Assembly (NCBI GenBank): GCA_973895155.1
Contig: OZ316891.1
Span: 10,541,875 to 10,605,874, forward strand
Length of the DNA stretch: 64,000 nt
Origin: Marsupella aquatica
Taxonomy: Eukaryota > Plantae > Marchantiophyta
Direction: 5' to 3'
The notes beneath the pieces are model-generated. The model did no database searches, was not told the DNA's origin, and saw only the letters and a program-made list of their open reading frames with translations. Positions 63,822 through 64,000 of the stretch are shown here, piece by piece. The position numbers were made by a program, and so were the translations under genes. How positions within the stretch are numbered: position 1 is the first letter of the stretch; each line of letters starts with the position of its first letter.

Positions 63822-64000
63822 GTTTGGGATTTTCTACAGTGGAAAAGTTGCATTCCTTCTCAGCTGCCTACTAGTAAGATGACTAATGATATGGGCGCTT
63901 CTTCCACGGAGCATGAATCTATGATGGTTTTATGACATTGGAGCCGAACCTTGAAGTTCAGGAGTCTTACATCGATTAAAGAGGCACATTTATCGTTGAC

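Overview
Eukaryotic land-plant nuclear DNA with GT-AG introns, long GA-rich 5' leaders and TE-rich intergenic space. The style suggests a bryophyte such as a liverwort, but that is an inference. Host genes: the 3' part of glutamate-1-semialdehyde aminomutase (GSA), a CYP71-clan P450 pseudogene with an internal deletion, a multi-exon WD40/bromodomain BRWD/PHIP gene, peptidyl-tRNA hydrolase PTH2, an intronless PRP17/CDC40, and the first two exons of a kelch-repeat gene. The rest is dominated by transposons whose ends and target-site duplications (TSDs) can be read directly. At 3.5-12.3 kb there is a four-layer nest: a PHIS-type (PIF/Harbinger, ISL2EU, Spy) transposase gene, split by a TA-flanked Tc1/mariner-like element, which holds a Ty1/copia element, which holds a MITE with an 8-bp TSD. 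At 54104-59455 is an apparently intact 5.35-kb two-gene PHIS element with a TAA TSD and 25-bp TIRs. Its transposase looks IS5/ISL2-like rather than canonical plant PIF/Pong, and its partner ORF pairs a Myb/SANT-like region with a SHOCT-like C-terminus. This is the best candidate for an undescribed system. All calls were made by eye; no database searches were run.
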